A stretch of 64,000 nt of DNA from Syntrophomonadaceae bacterium (GTDB taxonomy: Bacteria > Bacillota > Syntrophomonadia > Syntrophomonadales > Syntrophomonadaceae): NCBI GenBank assembly GCA_040217755.1, contig JBEHWJ010000002.1:3113-67112 (forward strand), given 5' to 3'. The notes under the pieces are model-generated. The model was given only the letters and a program-made list of their open reading frames with translations. It had not been told where the DNA came from and did no database searches. A program made the position numbers and the translations under genes. Each line of letters starts with the position of its first letter. The first letter of the stretch is position 1. Below are positions 30,503 through 40,810 of this stretch, in pieces.

Positions 30503-31384
30503 TTGAAGTCCGGATTTGTAAGCATCATCGGCCGGCCCAATGTGGGTAAGTCGACCCTGATAAACAAGCTGATAGGTTCCAAAATCGCTATAGTATCAGA
30601 TAAACCGCAGACTACCCGGACCAGGATCCAGGGTATTCTGACCCTGGAGCAGGGACAGATAATTTTTATCGATACCCCCGGCATGCACAAGCCCAAGCAT
30701 CTCCTGGGCGAATATATGATGAAGGTGTCCACCCAGAGCCTGCAAGAAGTAGACCTCATCTATTATATTACCGATGTAACCCATCCCTTTGGACCAGGAG
30801 AACAATACATCATCGATCAACTAAGAAATACTGAGGTCCCGGTATTTCTGCTGTTGAACAAGGTCGACCTGGTGGACCAGGAGTTAATCCCCCGGTTCAT
30901 GCAGCCGTTCTGCCACCAGATGAAATTCACGGAATGCATACCGATCTCAGCCTCCCAAGGTATCAACCTGGACAGGTTGTTGCAGGCTACTTTTGAATAT
31001 TTGCCGGAAGGACCGCAATACTATCCGGAAGATGATTTGACCGATCAACCGGTGTCTTTTATCGTGGCGGAATTGATACGCGAGAAGGCCTTGATTTTGA
31101 CCCGGGATGAGGTGCCTCATTCGCTGGCAGTAGAGATAGAGGAATTCAAGCATCAAGGCCCTGGCAAGGTCTATATAAGAGCGGTCATCAACACCGAACG
31201 GGATTCGCAAAAGGGCATAATCATCGGTAAAAAGGGACAAATGCTTAAAAAAATAGGGGAACAGGCGCGCACCGATATAGAAAGAATGATGAACGCCTCG
31301 GTCTACCTTGACCTTTGGATAAAGGTGAAGAAAAACTGGCGTGATAACCAGAACAACCTCAACCAATTGGGCTATCGCACGTAG
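30503..31384 (+). CDS. era: GTPase Era
   Basis: G1 GRPNVGKSTLIN, G3 DTPG and a KH domain at the C-terminus. The TTG at 30503 lies 9 nt after AGGAGGG; the frame is open from 30434. Confidence 0.93.
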   Translation: MKSGFVSIIGRPNVGKSTLINKLIGSKIAIVSDKPQTTRTRIQGILTLEQGQIIFIDTPGMHKPKHLLGEYMMKVSTQSLQEVDLIYYITDVTHPFGPGEQYIIDQLRNTEVPVFLLLNKVDLVDQELIPRFMQPFCHQMKFTECIPISASQGINLDRLLQATFEYLPEGPQYYPEDDLTDQPVSFIVAELIREKALILTRDEVPHSLAVEIEEFKHQGPGKVYIRAVINTERDSQKGIIIGKKGQMLKKIGEQARTDIERMMNASVYLDLWIKVKKNWRDNQNNLNQLGYRT

Positions 31385-31433
31385 GGACGGTTGGGGGTGA
31401 AGGCCGAAATACGGGGAGAGGGACATTACAGGC

Positions 31434-32099
31434 ATGATCGATTTGGCTTCATATATAGACAGCACCAATTTAAAACCGGAGGCCCGGCAGATCGATATTG
31501 AGGAGTTATGCCGGGAAGCGCTCGAGCATCATATGGCAGCGGTATGCGTGCATCCATATCGGCTGCCCCTCGGCCGCCGCTTACTGGCCGGGACCACGGT
31601 GCATCTTTGTACTGTGGTGGGGTTCCCGCTGGGTGCCGATGGCCTGGCCAGCAAGGCTTACTCGGCCTCGACCGCCCTGGGAGAGGGCGCCGATGAGCTG
31701 GATATGGTCATCAATATCGGGGCGGTCAAGGACCGGGATTACCGTACGGTGGGCAAGGAGATCGAGGTGATAGCGGCCCTTAAGCAGGAATACCGGTTCA
31801 TCCTCAAGGTGATCATCGAAACCGCTTATTTAAATCATGAAGAGCTGGCTGAACTCATCAGGTTGATAAACCAAACCGAAGCCGATTTCGTTAAAACATC
31901 GACCGGATTTGGGCCTCGGGGGGCCAGCCTCGAAGATATCACCAACATCATCAAATACAGGAGACCGCCTCTCAAAATCAAGGCATCGGGAGGAATCCGG
32001 GACCTGGATCAGGCTTTGGCGATGATCGAGGCCGGAGCGGACCGGCTCGGCACCAGCAGCGCCGGTCAGTTGTTAAAGGAGTACCGGGCCGCCCGATAA
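31434..32099 (+). CDS. deoC: Deoxyribose-phosphate aldolase
   Basis: 221 aa with Schiff-base Lys context FVKTSTGF, and IKASGGIR. Confidence 0.9.
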   Translation: MIDLASYIDSTNLKPEARQIDIEELCREALEHHMAAVCVHPYRLPLGRRLLAGTTVHLCTVVGFPLGADGLASKAYSASTALGEGADELDMVINIGAVKDRDYRTVGKEIEVIAALKQEYRFILKVIIETAYLNHEELAELIRLINQTEADFVKTSTGFGPRGASLEDITNIIKYRRPPLKIKASGGIRDLDQALAMIEAGADRLGTSSAGQLLKEYRAAR

Positions 32100-32149
32100 T
32101 GCCTGCCTCCCCAATAGAACGAGGAACCAGAATAATTAAGGAGCCATGC

Positions 32150-32908
32150 ATGTATTACCGGAGTCGTTCCATCATCTTACGGACCCGTGATCTGCGGGAG
32201 AGCGATCAATTGATCACGGTCTTTACCGAGAAAGAAGGTAAATTGACGGCGGTTGCCAAAGGGGTCAAAAAACCCAAAAGCAGCCTGCGCGGTTGTGTCC
32301 AGCCCTTCTGTCACTCCCTTCTGTTTTTCAGCCAGGGGCGCGAGTTGGATCTGATAACCCAGGGGCGTATGCTCGATTTCTTCGGTAATTCCCGGGAGGA
32401 CCTGAGCAGGACCCTTTACATCATGTACATGATGGAGATTCTGGACAAGAGCTTGATGGACAGGATGCCGCTGCCGCAGCTATACCTGGCTTTGGTGGCG
32501 GTACTTGAACTGCTCGACCAAGAGGGCTTTAACCCGATGCTGGTGCGCTATTTTGAAAGCCAGCTATTGATAAATCTGGGGTATAAACCGGTTCTGGACC
32601 GTTGCGTGCAGTGCGGCGGCCGAATTATCCATGGGTACACCTTCAGCCTGGCCGACGGTGGTCTGCTGTGCAATAATTGCCAGGCCGGCGGCCACCACCA
32701 GATGAATCTGCGGGGAGATTGCCTGGCCCTGCTGCGATTGCTGTCGGAGGGCACCCTGCAGGCGATCCGCCGGGTCAAGCCTTCCCCGGAAGCAATGCGG
32801 CAGCTGGAGTATTTTCTGGAGCTTTATCTGGAATACCATGTGGAAAGGAAATTCCGGGTCAAGAATACTATCCGTTGGCTCAAGCAGGCTATGCCGGTTT
32901 CCATTTGA
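32150..32908 (+). CDS. recO: DNA repair protein RecO
   Basis: OB-fold N-terminus plus zinc motif (CVQCGG...CNNC). The start is adjusted to the ATG at 32150 after GGAG. Confidence 0.9.
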   Translation: MYYRSRSIILRTRDLRESDQLITVFTEKEGKLTAVAKGVKKPKSSLRGCVQPFCHSLLFFSQGRELDLITQGRMLDFFGNSREDLSRTLYIMYMMEILDKSLMDRMPLPQLYLALVAVLELLDQEGFNPMLVRYFESQLLINLGYKPVLDRCVQCGGRIIHGYTFSLADGGLLCNNCQAGGHHQMNLRGDCLALLRLLSEGTLQAIRRVKPSPEAMRQLEYFLELYLEYHVERKFRVKNTIRWLKQAMPVSI

Positions 32909-32952
32909 CAAGGGTTTTGGCGGTTGATAAACTATCAGTGAAATTAATAGCC

Positions 32953-33141
32953 ACACGATGATGAAAAGGAGTAAGGTAAGCAGTCCCCTCCCAGAAAGCC
33001 GGGTAGGATGGGAACCGGCAGGGGCTTTATCTGAAGGCGTTTCGGAGTAATGGTCAGCAAAGAGGTGGGCCACGTGTCAAGCAGGGTGGAACCGCGGGTT
33101 TTAGTCCCGTCCCTGTTGGGTAACGGGCATTTTTGTTTTTG
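32953..33141 (+). promoter_or_regulatory. T-box riboswitch leader of glyQS (GGC Gly specifier)
   Basis: K-turn ACGAUGAUGAA, specifier GAA-GGC-G (GGC at 33036-33038), and T-box GGGUGGAACCGCG at about 33083-33095 (UGGA matches U73 of tRNA-Gly). The terminator at 33106-33140 is followed by a T-run. Confidence 0.87.
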
Positions 33142-33239
33142 GGATTCAAATAACTATATCGACCGCAAATGTTTGCGTTGTTAGGGGAATCTAATAAAGG
33201 GTCATGATTGATAAATAAAAACACACAGGGGGTCAGGAA

Positions 33240-34154
33240 ATGAATTTCCAGGAGATCATCATGAATCTGCAGGAATATTGGGGACAACAAGGTTGTATCA
33301 TCCAACAGCCGTACGACCTGGAAAAGGGCGCCGGTACCATGAATCCGGCCACTTTCCTGCGTTGTTTGGGACCCGAACCGTGGAAGGTCGCCTATGTTGA
33401 ACCATCCCGGCGGCCCACTGACGGGCGCTATGGAGAAAACCCCAATCGTTTGCAGCATTATTATCAGTTCCAGGTTATCCTGAAACCTTCTCCCGACAAC
33501 GTGATCGAACTATACCTGGAGAGCTTGCGGCGGTTGGGGATAGAACCGGAGAAGCACGATATAAGGCTGGTGGAGGACAATTGGGAATCCCCTACCCTGG
33601 GAGCCTGGGGATTGGGTTGGGAGATCTGGCTGGACGGGATGGAGATCACCCAATTCACCTACTTCCAACAGTGCGGGGGATACGATTGCTATCCGGTGAG
33701 CGCCGAGATAACTTATGGTCTCGAACGTATCGCCATGTATATACAGAACAAGGAGAGTGTTTTTGACGTAGAGTGGGTGGGTGACATCAGTTATGCTGAC
33801 GTCCACCATCAGGCGGAAGTAGATTATTCCCATTACAACTTTACCGCCGCCGACGTACCTACTTTGACTGCCATGTTCAACCTGTGTGAGGAGGAAGCGC
33901 GGCGGGTAGCGGACCTTAAACTTCCGCAACCAGCCTATGACTATGTCCTGAAGTGCTCGCATCTTTTCAACCTACTCGACGCCCGAGGGGCTATCAGTGT
34001 TACCGAACGTACCGGTTATATAGGCCGGGTCCGCAACCTGGCCCGCACCGTGGCCCGTGAGTACCTGGAACAGAGGGAGAGGATGGGTTACCCGTTGATA
34101 AAGGATGAGAAACTAAGGGCAGAACTGTTACAAACAAAGGAGGTCCAAGGGTAA
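33240..34154 (+). CDS. glyQ: Glycine--tRNA ligase alpha subunit
   Basis: 304 aa, highly conserved GlyQ sequence ([19 protein letters not shown]...). Confidence 0.97.
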   Translation: MNFQEIIMNLQEYWGQQGCIIQQPYDLEKGAGTMNPATFLRCLGPEPWKVAYVEPSRRPTDGRYGENPNRLQHYYQFQVILKPSPDNVIELYLESLRRLGIEPEKHDIRLVEDNWESPTLGAWGLGWEIWLDGMEITQFTYFQQCGGYDCYPVSAEITYGLERIAMYIQNKESVFDVEWVGDISYADVHHQAEVDYSHYNFTAADVPTLTAMFNLCEEEARRVADLKLPQPAYDYVLKCSHLFNLLDARGAISVTERTGYIGRVRNLARTVAREYLEQRERMGYPLIKDEKLRAELLQTKEVQG

Positions 34155-36229
34155 TGAGCCAAGACATGCTTCTCGAAATAGGGGTCGAAGAGATACCTTC
34201 GGAATTGATGCCAGGAGCTCTGGAAGGCCTTAGAACCATGGCGGCCAACAAACTGCAGCAAAGCCACCTGGAATTTGGGGAAATCACCACCTTGGGCACA
34301 CCTCGTCGTCTGGTTTTGCACGTCAAAGGCCTGGGGGAAAAACAAAAGGATACGGTTATTGAAAACCGGGGACCCAAGCAATCCAGCGCCTTCAACCAGG
34401 ATGGCACCCCCAGCAAGGCGGCCCTGGGTTTTGCCCGCAGCCAGGGCATCGATGTAGATGAACTGGAAATAAGGGATGTGGGCGGGGTTGAGTATGTTTA
34501 TGCGGTCAAAAAGGAATCGGGAGGCCGCACGGTGGAACTGCTCCCCACCCTATTGACCGAGATTATCAAATCTATGAACTTTCTCCGTTCGATGCGGTGG
34601 GGATATTTCCAAACCAGATTTGCGCGGCCCATCCGCTGGCTGCTGGCTTTTTTCGGAGACCAGTTGTTATCGATCAGGATCGAGAATATAGAGAGTGCCG
34701 ACTGGACCATGGGACACCGTTTTCTATCCTCCGGTCCGCTCAAAGTAGCCGGCATCGACGAATATTATGACGCCCTGCGCAATAATTACGTCATCGTCGA
34801 TCAACTACAGAGGAAAGACATGATTTGGTCCCAGGTCAGGGAGGCAGCCACCCGGGTTGGTGGTACTGCCATGGAAAACGAGGATTTGTTAAATGAAGTA
34901 TCTTATCTGGTGGAGTATCCCACTGCCTTTTATGGAGAGTTCTCCAAATCCTATCTGGATGTCCCGGCCGAGGTTTTGACCACCAGTATGATTTCCCATC
35001 AGAGGTATTTCCCCCTCTTCGCCCCCGACCAGAATTTGATGGCCGGGTTCATCGGGGTCAGGAACGGCACCGATTATTGTCTGGATCTGGTCAAGGCCGG
35101 CAACGAGAGGGTGTTGAAAGCCCGCCTGGAAGACGCCCTTTTCTTTTGGAAAGAGGATACCTCCAAACCCCTGGCTGATTCCGTCCCGGGGTTAAAGGAT
35201 GTCCTGTTCCACGAAAAGTTGGGCAGTATCCTGGATAAAGTAGAGTGTCTGCGAGACCTGGCCGTATCGATTGGTGAAAACCTGGGCTTGAGCGACAAGG
35301 ATAATCTTGATCGGGCTGCCTTCCTGTGCAAAGCTGATCTGCTCAGCAGTATGGTCTACGAGTTCCCCGAACTGCAGGGAATAATGGGCCGGTACTATGC
35401 CCGGCGGGGCGGAGAGAACAATGAGGTGGCCGAAGCCATCCTGGAGCATTACCTGCCCAAATTTGCGGGCGACCGTCTGCCCGCTTCGGCGACCGGAATC
35501 GTTCTGGCTTTGGCCGAAAAACTGTTTAATCTGACGGCGTTTTTTGCCATGGGCATCAAACCTTCCGGCTCTCAGGATCCGTATGCCTTAAGACGCCAGG
35601 CCTTGGGGGTCGTATACATGATCATCGACCTCCAATTAACAGCCCGCTTGCGCGTATTGATTACCGAGACCCATGCAGTCATGACCAGGTTCGGTTTCCA
35701 ACTGAAACTAGATGCCGCGGAAACCGCGGAAGAGCTTATGGAATTTATTCTGCAGCGGATGCGTGGTGTAATGCTGGACCGGGGTTACACATATGATTTG
35801 ATTGACGCGGTGTTATACCAGGGGCTGGATGATTTGCGGCAGATTGTGGGCCGGGCGGATGCGATAAAGCTCTTTAAGGAAAGCCAGTCTTGGGAAGACT
35901 TCATGGTAGTGTTCAACCGCTCCCATAACCTATCCAAAAAGTGGCTGAGTGCTGAGGTGCGGGCCGAGTCTCTGGTGGACGTGAGCGAAAAGACCCTGTA
36001 TACCCTTGTCGACCGTATCAAACCGGGAGTGGAGGCAGCTTTCCGGGAATACCGGTATGAGGAAGGCTTGGCGATGCTGGCGGAGTTGCGCCCGGCGGTG
36101 GATAATTTCTTCGAGGCGGTCATGGTGATGGTCGACGATCAAGATTTAAGGGGGGCGCGACTGGGATTATTGAAATTGATCGCTGATTTGGGTAATTCCC
36201 TGGCTGATTTTACGAAAATCTTACAATAA
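34154..36229 (+). CDS. glyS: Glycine--tRNA ligase beta subunit
   Basis: 691 aa. Its ATG overlaps the glyQ stop (TAATG). Confidence 0.95.
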   Translation: MSQDMLLEIGVEEIPSELMPGALEGLRTMAANKLQQSHLEFGEITTLGTPRRLVLHVKGLGEKQKDTVIENRGPKQSSAFNQDGTPSKAALGFARSQGIDVDELEIRDVGGVEYVYAVKKESGGRTVELLPTLLTEIIKSMNFLRSMRWGYFQTRFARPIRWLLAFFGDQLLSIRIENIESADWTMGHRFLSSGPLKVAGIDEYYDALRNNYVIVDQLQRKDMIWSQVREAATRVGGTAMENEDLLNEVSYLVEYPTAFYGEFSKSYLDVPAEVLTTSMISHQRYFPLFAPDQNLMAGFIGVRNGTDYCLDLVKAGNERVLKARLEDALFFWKEDTSKPLADSVPGLKDVLFHEKLGSILDKVECLRDLAVSIGENLGLSDKDNLDRAAFLCKADLLSSMVYEFPELQGIMGRYYARRGGENNEVAEAILEHYLPKFAGDRLPASATGIVLALAEKLFNLTAFFAMGIKPSGSQDPYALRRQALGVVYMIIDLQLTARLRVLITETHAVMTRFGFQLKLDAAETAEELMEFILQRMRGVMLDRGYTYDLIDAVLYQGLDDLRQIVGRADAIKLFKESQSWEDFMVVFNRSHNLSKKWLSAEVRAESLVDVSEKTLYTLVDRIKPGVEAAFREYRYEEGLAMLAELRPAVDNFFEAVMVMVDDQDLRGARLGLLKLIADLGNSLADFTKILQ

Positions 36230-36318
36230 AAAATTTATCCCTTGCCAAACAGGATTTTTTTAGTCTATAAAGTATATGTAATTGAAGTGGTTGAACCCAA
36301 ACAGTATAGCATAATTGG

Positions 36319-36966
36319 GTGGTGGAAAAGATCGAGCTCAATGAACGGCAAGAAAAGATCCTGGATATCGTAAAAAGCCAAGGACCCATTACCGGTGAAA
36401 ATATAGCGGAAATACTGGAAGTTACCCGGGCTGCCCTCCGCCCTGACCTAGCGGTTTTGACCATGTCAGGTTATCTGGAAGCCAAACCCAGGGTAGGCTA
36501 CACATATAAAGCCGACGGTTTCAACACCAAGATTAAAAAGATTCTTAATCAATACAGGGTCAAGGATATCATGTCCCTACCAGTGGTAGTAAAAGAGAAA
36601 TGCAGCATTTATGATGCCATCGTAACCCTGTTTCTGGAGGATATAGGTTCCATCTTCGTGGTAGAGGATGATAACTGCCTGACTGGTTTGGCTTCCCGCA
36701 AGGACCTGCTTAAGGCCACTATGGGGCAGGTTGACATTCATAAGGTACCGGTCAGTGTGATCATGACCCGTATGCCTAATGTTATTACCGCCGATATTGA
36801 AGATACAGTGGTGGAAGCGGTTAAAAGATTGGTGGAGCATGAGGTTGATTCCCTGCCGGTAGTTAGAAGGATCACAGGCGGCTCCGGCAAAGAGAGCCTG
36901 GAAGTGGTGGGCAGGATTACCAAGACCAACATAACCCGGTTATTCCTGGACTTGGCCTTGAGATAA
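36319..36966 (+). CDS. ccpN: CcpN-like transcriptional regulator (winged HTH plus two CBS domains)
   Basis: 215 aa with an N-terminal HTH and CBS pair. It is followed by the DUF299 kinase, as in the Bacillus ccpN-yqfL pair. Confidence 0.8.
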   Translation: MVEKIELNERQEKILDIVKSQGPITGENIAEILEVTRAALRPDLAVLTMSGYLEAKPRVGYTYKADGFNTKIKKILNQYRVKDIMSLPVVVKEKCSIYDAIVTLFLEDIGSIFVVEDDNCLTGLASRKDLLKATMGQVDIHKVPVSVIMTRMPNVITADIEDTVVEAVKRLVEHEVDSLPVVRRITGGSGKESLEVVGRITKTNITRLFLDLALR

Positions 36967-36983
36967 AGAGGAGGTACAGTATT

Positions 36984-37805
36984 TTGGCTGGTCATTTACC
37001 CGGAGTTTTCATTGTTTCGGATTCCATCGGTGAGACGGCGGAAATGGTCGTGAGAGCAGCCGCCAGTCAATTCAATTCCGGTACTATGGAGATACGGCAG
37101 ATACCGAATATAAGCGACAAGGATACTATAGCTGAAGTCATCCACCAGGCGATGGAAAACCATTTTATGATCGCTTACACCCTGGTTTTGAATGAATTGG
37201 CGGAATTCCTGCGCCAGGAGGCGCGCCGGGCCGGGGTGGTCTGTGTTGATATACTGGGGCCTATAATATCGGCCTTCGAGGAGGCCAGCCAAATGACCCC
37301 TAAGAGAGAACCGGGGTTGTTGCGCAGGGTCGATGAGATGTACTATCGCCGGGTTGAGGCGGTGGAATTCGCCGTCCGCTACGATGATGGCAAAGACCCC
37401 AAGGGGATAACTTTGGCAGATATCGTTCTGGTGGGCGTATCCAGAACCTCCAAGACACCTCTCTCCATGTACCTGGCCCACAAACGGGTCAAGGTCGCCA
37501 ATGTGCCGCTGGTACCGGAGGTGACTCCGCCAGAAGAGCTGTTTCTGTTGGATCGGGGCAAGGTTATCGGTTTGGTGATAAAACCGGAATTACTGAACAG
37601 CATCCGGATTGAGAGGTTAAAAACCCTGGGATTGACCGGACAGGCCAGCTACGCCAACTATGAGCGGATCATAGAGGAGTTGGAGTATGCCGATACAATA
37701 ATGAAGAGACTGGGGTGCCCGGTAATCGATGTAACCAACCGTGCCGTTGAAGAGACAGCCAGCAAAATACTTGAAATCTACTATAGGAGGTTAAGCAATG
37801 TCTAG
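36984..37805 (+). CDS. Pyruvate, phosphate dikinase regulatory protein (PDRP, DUF299 bifunctional kinase/pyrophosphorylase)
   Basis: 273 aa with P-loop-like VGVSRTSKTPLS. Immediately upstream of ppdK and overlapping it. Confidence 0.88.
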   Translation: MAGHLPGVFIVSDSIGETAEMVVRAAASQFNSGTMEIRQIPNISDKDTIAEVIHQAMENHFMIAYTLVLNELAEFLRQEARRAGVVCVDILGPIISAFEEASQMTPKREPGLLRRVDEMYYRRVEAVEFAVRYDDGKDPKGITLADIVLVGVSRTSKTPLSMYLAHKRVKVANVPLVPEVTPPEELFLLDRGKVIGLVIKPELLNSIRIERLKTLGLTGQASYANYERIIEELEYADTIMKRLGCPVIDVTNRAVEETASKILEIYYRRLSNV

Positions 37806-40443
37806 TAAGAAGTGGGTCTACCTGTTTGAAGAAGGGAATTCGAACATGCGTATGATCTTGGGCGGAAAGGGTGCGAATCTAGCGGAGATGACCAATATCG
37901 GCTTACCGGTGCCGCCAGGGTTCACGATAACTGCCGAGGCGTGCAACGAATATCTGTCTTTGAATCAGGATTTCCCGGAAGGATGCCTGGAACAGACATT
38001 TGCGGCCCTGGCCAAACTGGAGGATAGGACCGGTAAGACTTTCGGAGACAAGGACAATCCGCTGCTGGTGTCGGTAAGGTCGGGTGCGGCCGTATCCATG
38101 CCAGGGATGATGGATACCATTTTGAATCTGGGGCTTAATGACGAATCAGTGCAGGGACTGGCCAATCTATCCGGAGATGAACGGTTTGCCTATGATTGTT
38201 ATCGCCGCTTCATTCAAATGTTTGGGAATGTTGTGCTGGAGATGGAACATTCTCATTTTGATGATATCATCGAGAGGTACAAACGGAAATTAGGCCTGAT
38301 ATTCGATTATGAAATACCGGCCGGGGAACTGAAGGAAATAATCAATGAATATAAAGCCCAGGTGAAACGGGATAAGGCCATCGATTTTCCTCAAGACGTG
38401 CGGGGGCAGTTGATCATGGCCATCAAAGCTGTCTTCGGTTCATGGAACAACCAAAGGGCCATCGTCTACCGGCGGATCAACAAAATCCGGGACGACCTGG
38501 GCACGGCCGTCAATGTACAGTGTATGGCGTTCGGCAATCTTGGTGAAGATTGCGGCACCGGCGTGGCCTTCACCCGCAGCCCGTCGACCGGGGAACGAGA
38601 GTTGTACGGTGAATTCCTGGTCAACGCCCAGGGAGAAGACGTGGTGGCTGGCATCAGGACGCCCTTGCCCATATCCAATCTCAAAGAAAATCTCCCTTCG
38701 GTGTATGAGCAATTCATCGATACCTGCAACAACCTGGAGAAGCATTACCGCGATATGCAGGACATAGAGTTTACGGTGGAAAAGGGAGTCTTGTATATGC
38801 TGCAGACCAGGACCGGTAAAAGGACTACCAAGGCAGCGGTAAAAATCGCAGTGGATATGGTAAGCGAAGGACTGATCAACAAGAAAGAAGCCTTGATGAG
38901 AATCGATCCCGAACAGATCGATCAGTTATTACATAGACAGATAGACACCACCATGCACTTGGAGCCTATCGCCAAGGGACTGCCGGCATCCCCCGGGGCA
39001 GCCAGCGGCAAAGTGGTTCTGGATGCCGACCTGGCTGAGAAACTGGGGGAAGCCGGTGAGAGGGTCGTATTGGTCCGCAATGAAACCGCGCCTGACGACA
39101 TCCACGGAATAGTTCATTCGCAGGGAGTTTTAACCGCCCGCGGCGGCATGACTTCGCATGCGGCAGTGGTGGCACGGGGCATGGGTAAACCGTGTGTGTG
39201 CGGATGCGAGAGCATCAAGATCGACTTCGGTTCCAAATCGTTCACCGTCAACGGGGTTACGGTCAAGGAAGGGGACATAATTACTTTGGACGGTTCAACC
39301 GGCAACGTCATGCAGGGAGAAGTGCCCATGATCGAACCCACTCTTTCTGACGAATTTCAGACCCTCCTGCAGTGGGCGGATGAGGTGAAGAAACTGGGTG
39401 TCAGGGCTAATGCGGATACTCCCGAAGATGCCATGAAGGCCAGGGAATTTGGCGCTCAAGGGATAGGTCTGTGCCGGACCGAGCACATGTTTATGGCCCA
39501 GGATAGGCTGCCCAGCGTCCAGGAGATGATACTGGCTGACAACCTGACCGACCGGCAAGCGGCGCTGGCCAAACTGTTGCCGTTCCAACGGGATGACTTT
39601 TATGGCATTCTTAAGGCTATGGCTCCATACCCGGTAACCATAAGACTGCTTGATCCGCCCCTGCATGAATTCCTGCCCGACCATGAGTCGTTGATGCTGG
39701 AGATTGCCGACATGAAATACCGGAAAGCCAATCCCTACGATATCTTTGCCAAGGAACAAATGGCCAAGAAGGTACATGCATTGTCGGAATCCAATCCGAT
39801 GCTGGGTCATAGGGGATGCCGATTAGGATTGACTTATCCGGAGATATACATGATGCAGGCCCAGGCCATTTTCGAGGCTATGTACCTGCTGCAAAGTGAG
39901 GGCGTGAAAATCCTGACCGAGATAGAAATACCCCTGGTCATGGATCAGATGGAATTCACCCTGTTGCGGGAGGATATTTTGAAAGTCTATGCCGAGCTTA
40001 AGCAGGTTCACGGCCAGGAACTCGATTTCGTTTTGGGAACCATGCTGGAACTGCCGCGCGCCTGTATAGTAGCCGATGAAATAGCTGAGCAGGCAGAATT
40101 CTTCTCATTCGGGACCAACGATCTGACCCAGACCACGCTGGGATTCAGCCGGGATGATGCGGAAGGTAAGTTTATACCGGTATATCTGGAGCGCAAGATT
40201 ATAAAAGATAATCCTTTTGCGGTCCTGGATCGCAAAGGGGTAGGCAGTCTGATGAAGATAGCGGTGGAGAAGGCCCGCAAGGCACGTCCGAACATCTTAT
40301 TGGGCATCTGCGGCGAGCACGGAGGTGAGCCCAGTTCGGTGGAATTCTGTCACCTCATCGGGCTGAATTATGTGAGCTGTTCACCTTACCGCATCCCGGT
40401 TGCCCGCCTGGCAGCGGCTCAAGCCGTGATAAAGAACGATTAG
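37798..40443 (+). CDS. ppdK: Pyruvate, phosphate dikinase
   Basis: 881 aa with catalytic His context GGMTSHAAVVARGMGKPCV and a PEP-utilising C-domain. Confidence 0.97.
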   Translation: MSSKKWVYLFEEGNSNMRMILGGKGANLAEMTNIGLPVPPGFTITAEACNEYLSLNQDFPEGCLEQTFAALAKLEDRTGKTFGDKDNPLLVSVRSGAAVSMPGMMDTILNLGLNDESVQGLANLSGDERFAYDCYRRFIQMFGNVVLEMEHSHFDDIIERYKRKLGLIFDYEIPAGELKEIINEYKAQVKRDKAIDFPQDVRGQLIMAIKAVFGSWNNQRAIVYRRINKIRDDLGTAVNVQCMAFGNLGEDCGTGVAFTRSPSTGERELYGEFLVNAQGEDVVAGIRTPLPISNLKENLPSVYEQFIDTCNNLEKHYRDMQDIEFTVEKGVLYMLQTRTGKRTTKAAVKIAVDMVSEGLINKKEALMRIDPEQIDQLLHRQIDTTMHLEPIAKGLPASPGAASGKVVLDADLAEKLGEAGERVVLVRNETAPDDIHGIVHSQGVLTARGGMTSHAAVVARGMGKPCVCGCESIKIDFGSKSFTVNGVTVKEGDIITLDGSTGNVMQGEVPMIEPTLSDEFQTLLQWADEVKKLGVRANADTPEDAMKAREFGAQGIGLCRTEHMFMAQDRLPSVQEMILADNLTDRQAALAKLLPFQRDDFYGILKAMAPYPVTIRLLDPPLHEFLPDHESLMLEIADMKYRKANPYDIFAKEQMAKKVHALSESNPMLGHRGCRLGLTYPEIYMMQAQAIFEAMYLLQSEGVKILTEIEIPLVMDQMEFTLLREDILKVYAELKQVHGQELDFVLGTMLELPRACIVADEIAEQAEFFSFGTNDLTQTTLGFSRDDAEGKFIPVYLERKIIKDNPFAVLDRKGVGSLMKIAVEKARKARPNILLGICGEHGGEPSSVEFCHLIGLNYVSCSPYRIPVARLAAAQAVIKND

Positions 40444-40461
40444 ATCCTAGGATTGACTGGC

Positions 40462-40490
40462 AGGGGTCCTGGATAACAGGACCCCTTTTG
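40462..40490 (+). terminator. Intrinsic terminator after ppdK
   Basis: AGGGGTCCTG-gataa-CAGGACCCCT followed by TTTTG. Confidence 0.75.
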
Positions 40491-40810
40491 ATTTGATAGA
40501 CATGGTTATACACATCCCCGCCAACCTGCAATTATTTTTAAAGGAATTGGAATCTTGTTGTAGTATATGAAGTTATAGAAAGTATTTCTGTCTGGCAGCG
40601 TATTACGTTTGTTCACTAAGAAGCGGGTAATAATTTATCCTGCCAGTCCGGGCGTCAAAATATAGAACAAAATACGCGGACCGCGTTGGGGAGAATTGGT
40701 CGGCTAAATATGGAGAGAACCGGCCAGATATGGAATTGGGCAGAAATGATCTGCCGATAAGGGGATATCCCTCTCAACCATTGGGATGGATATATCTCTA
40801 ACTGCAAGGG

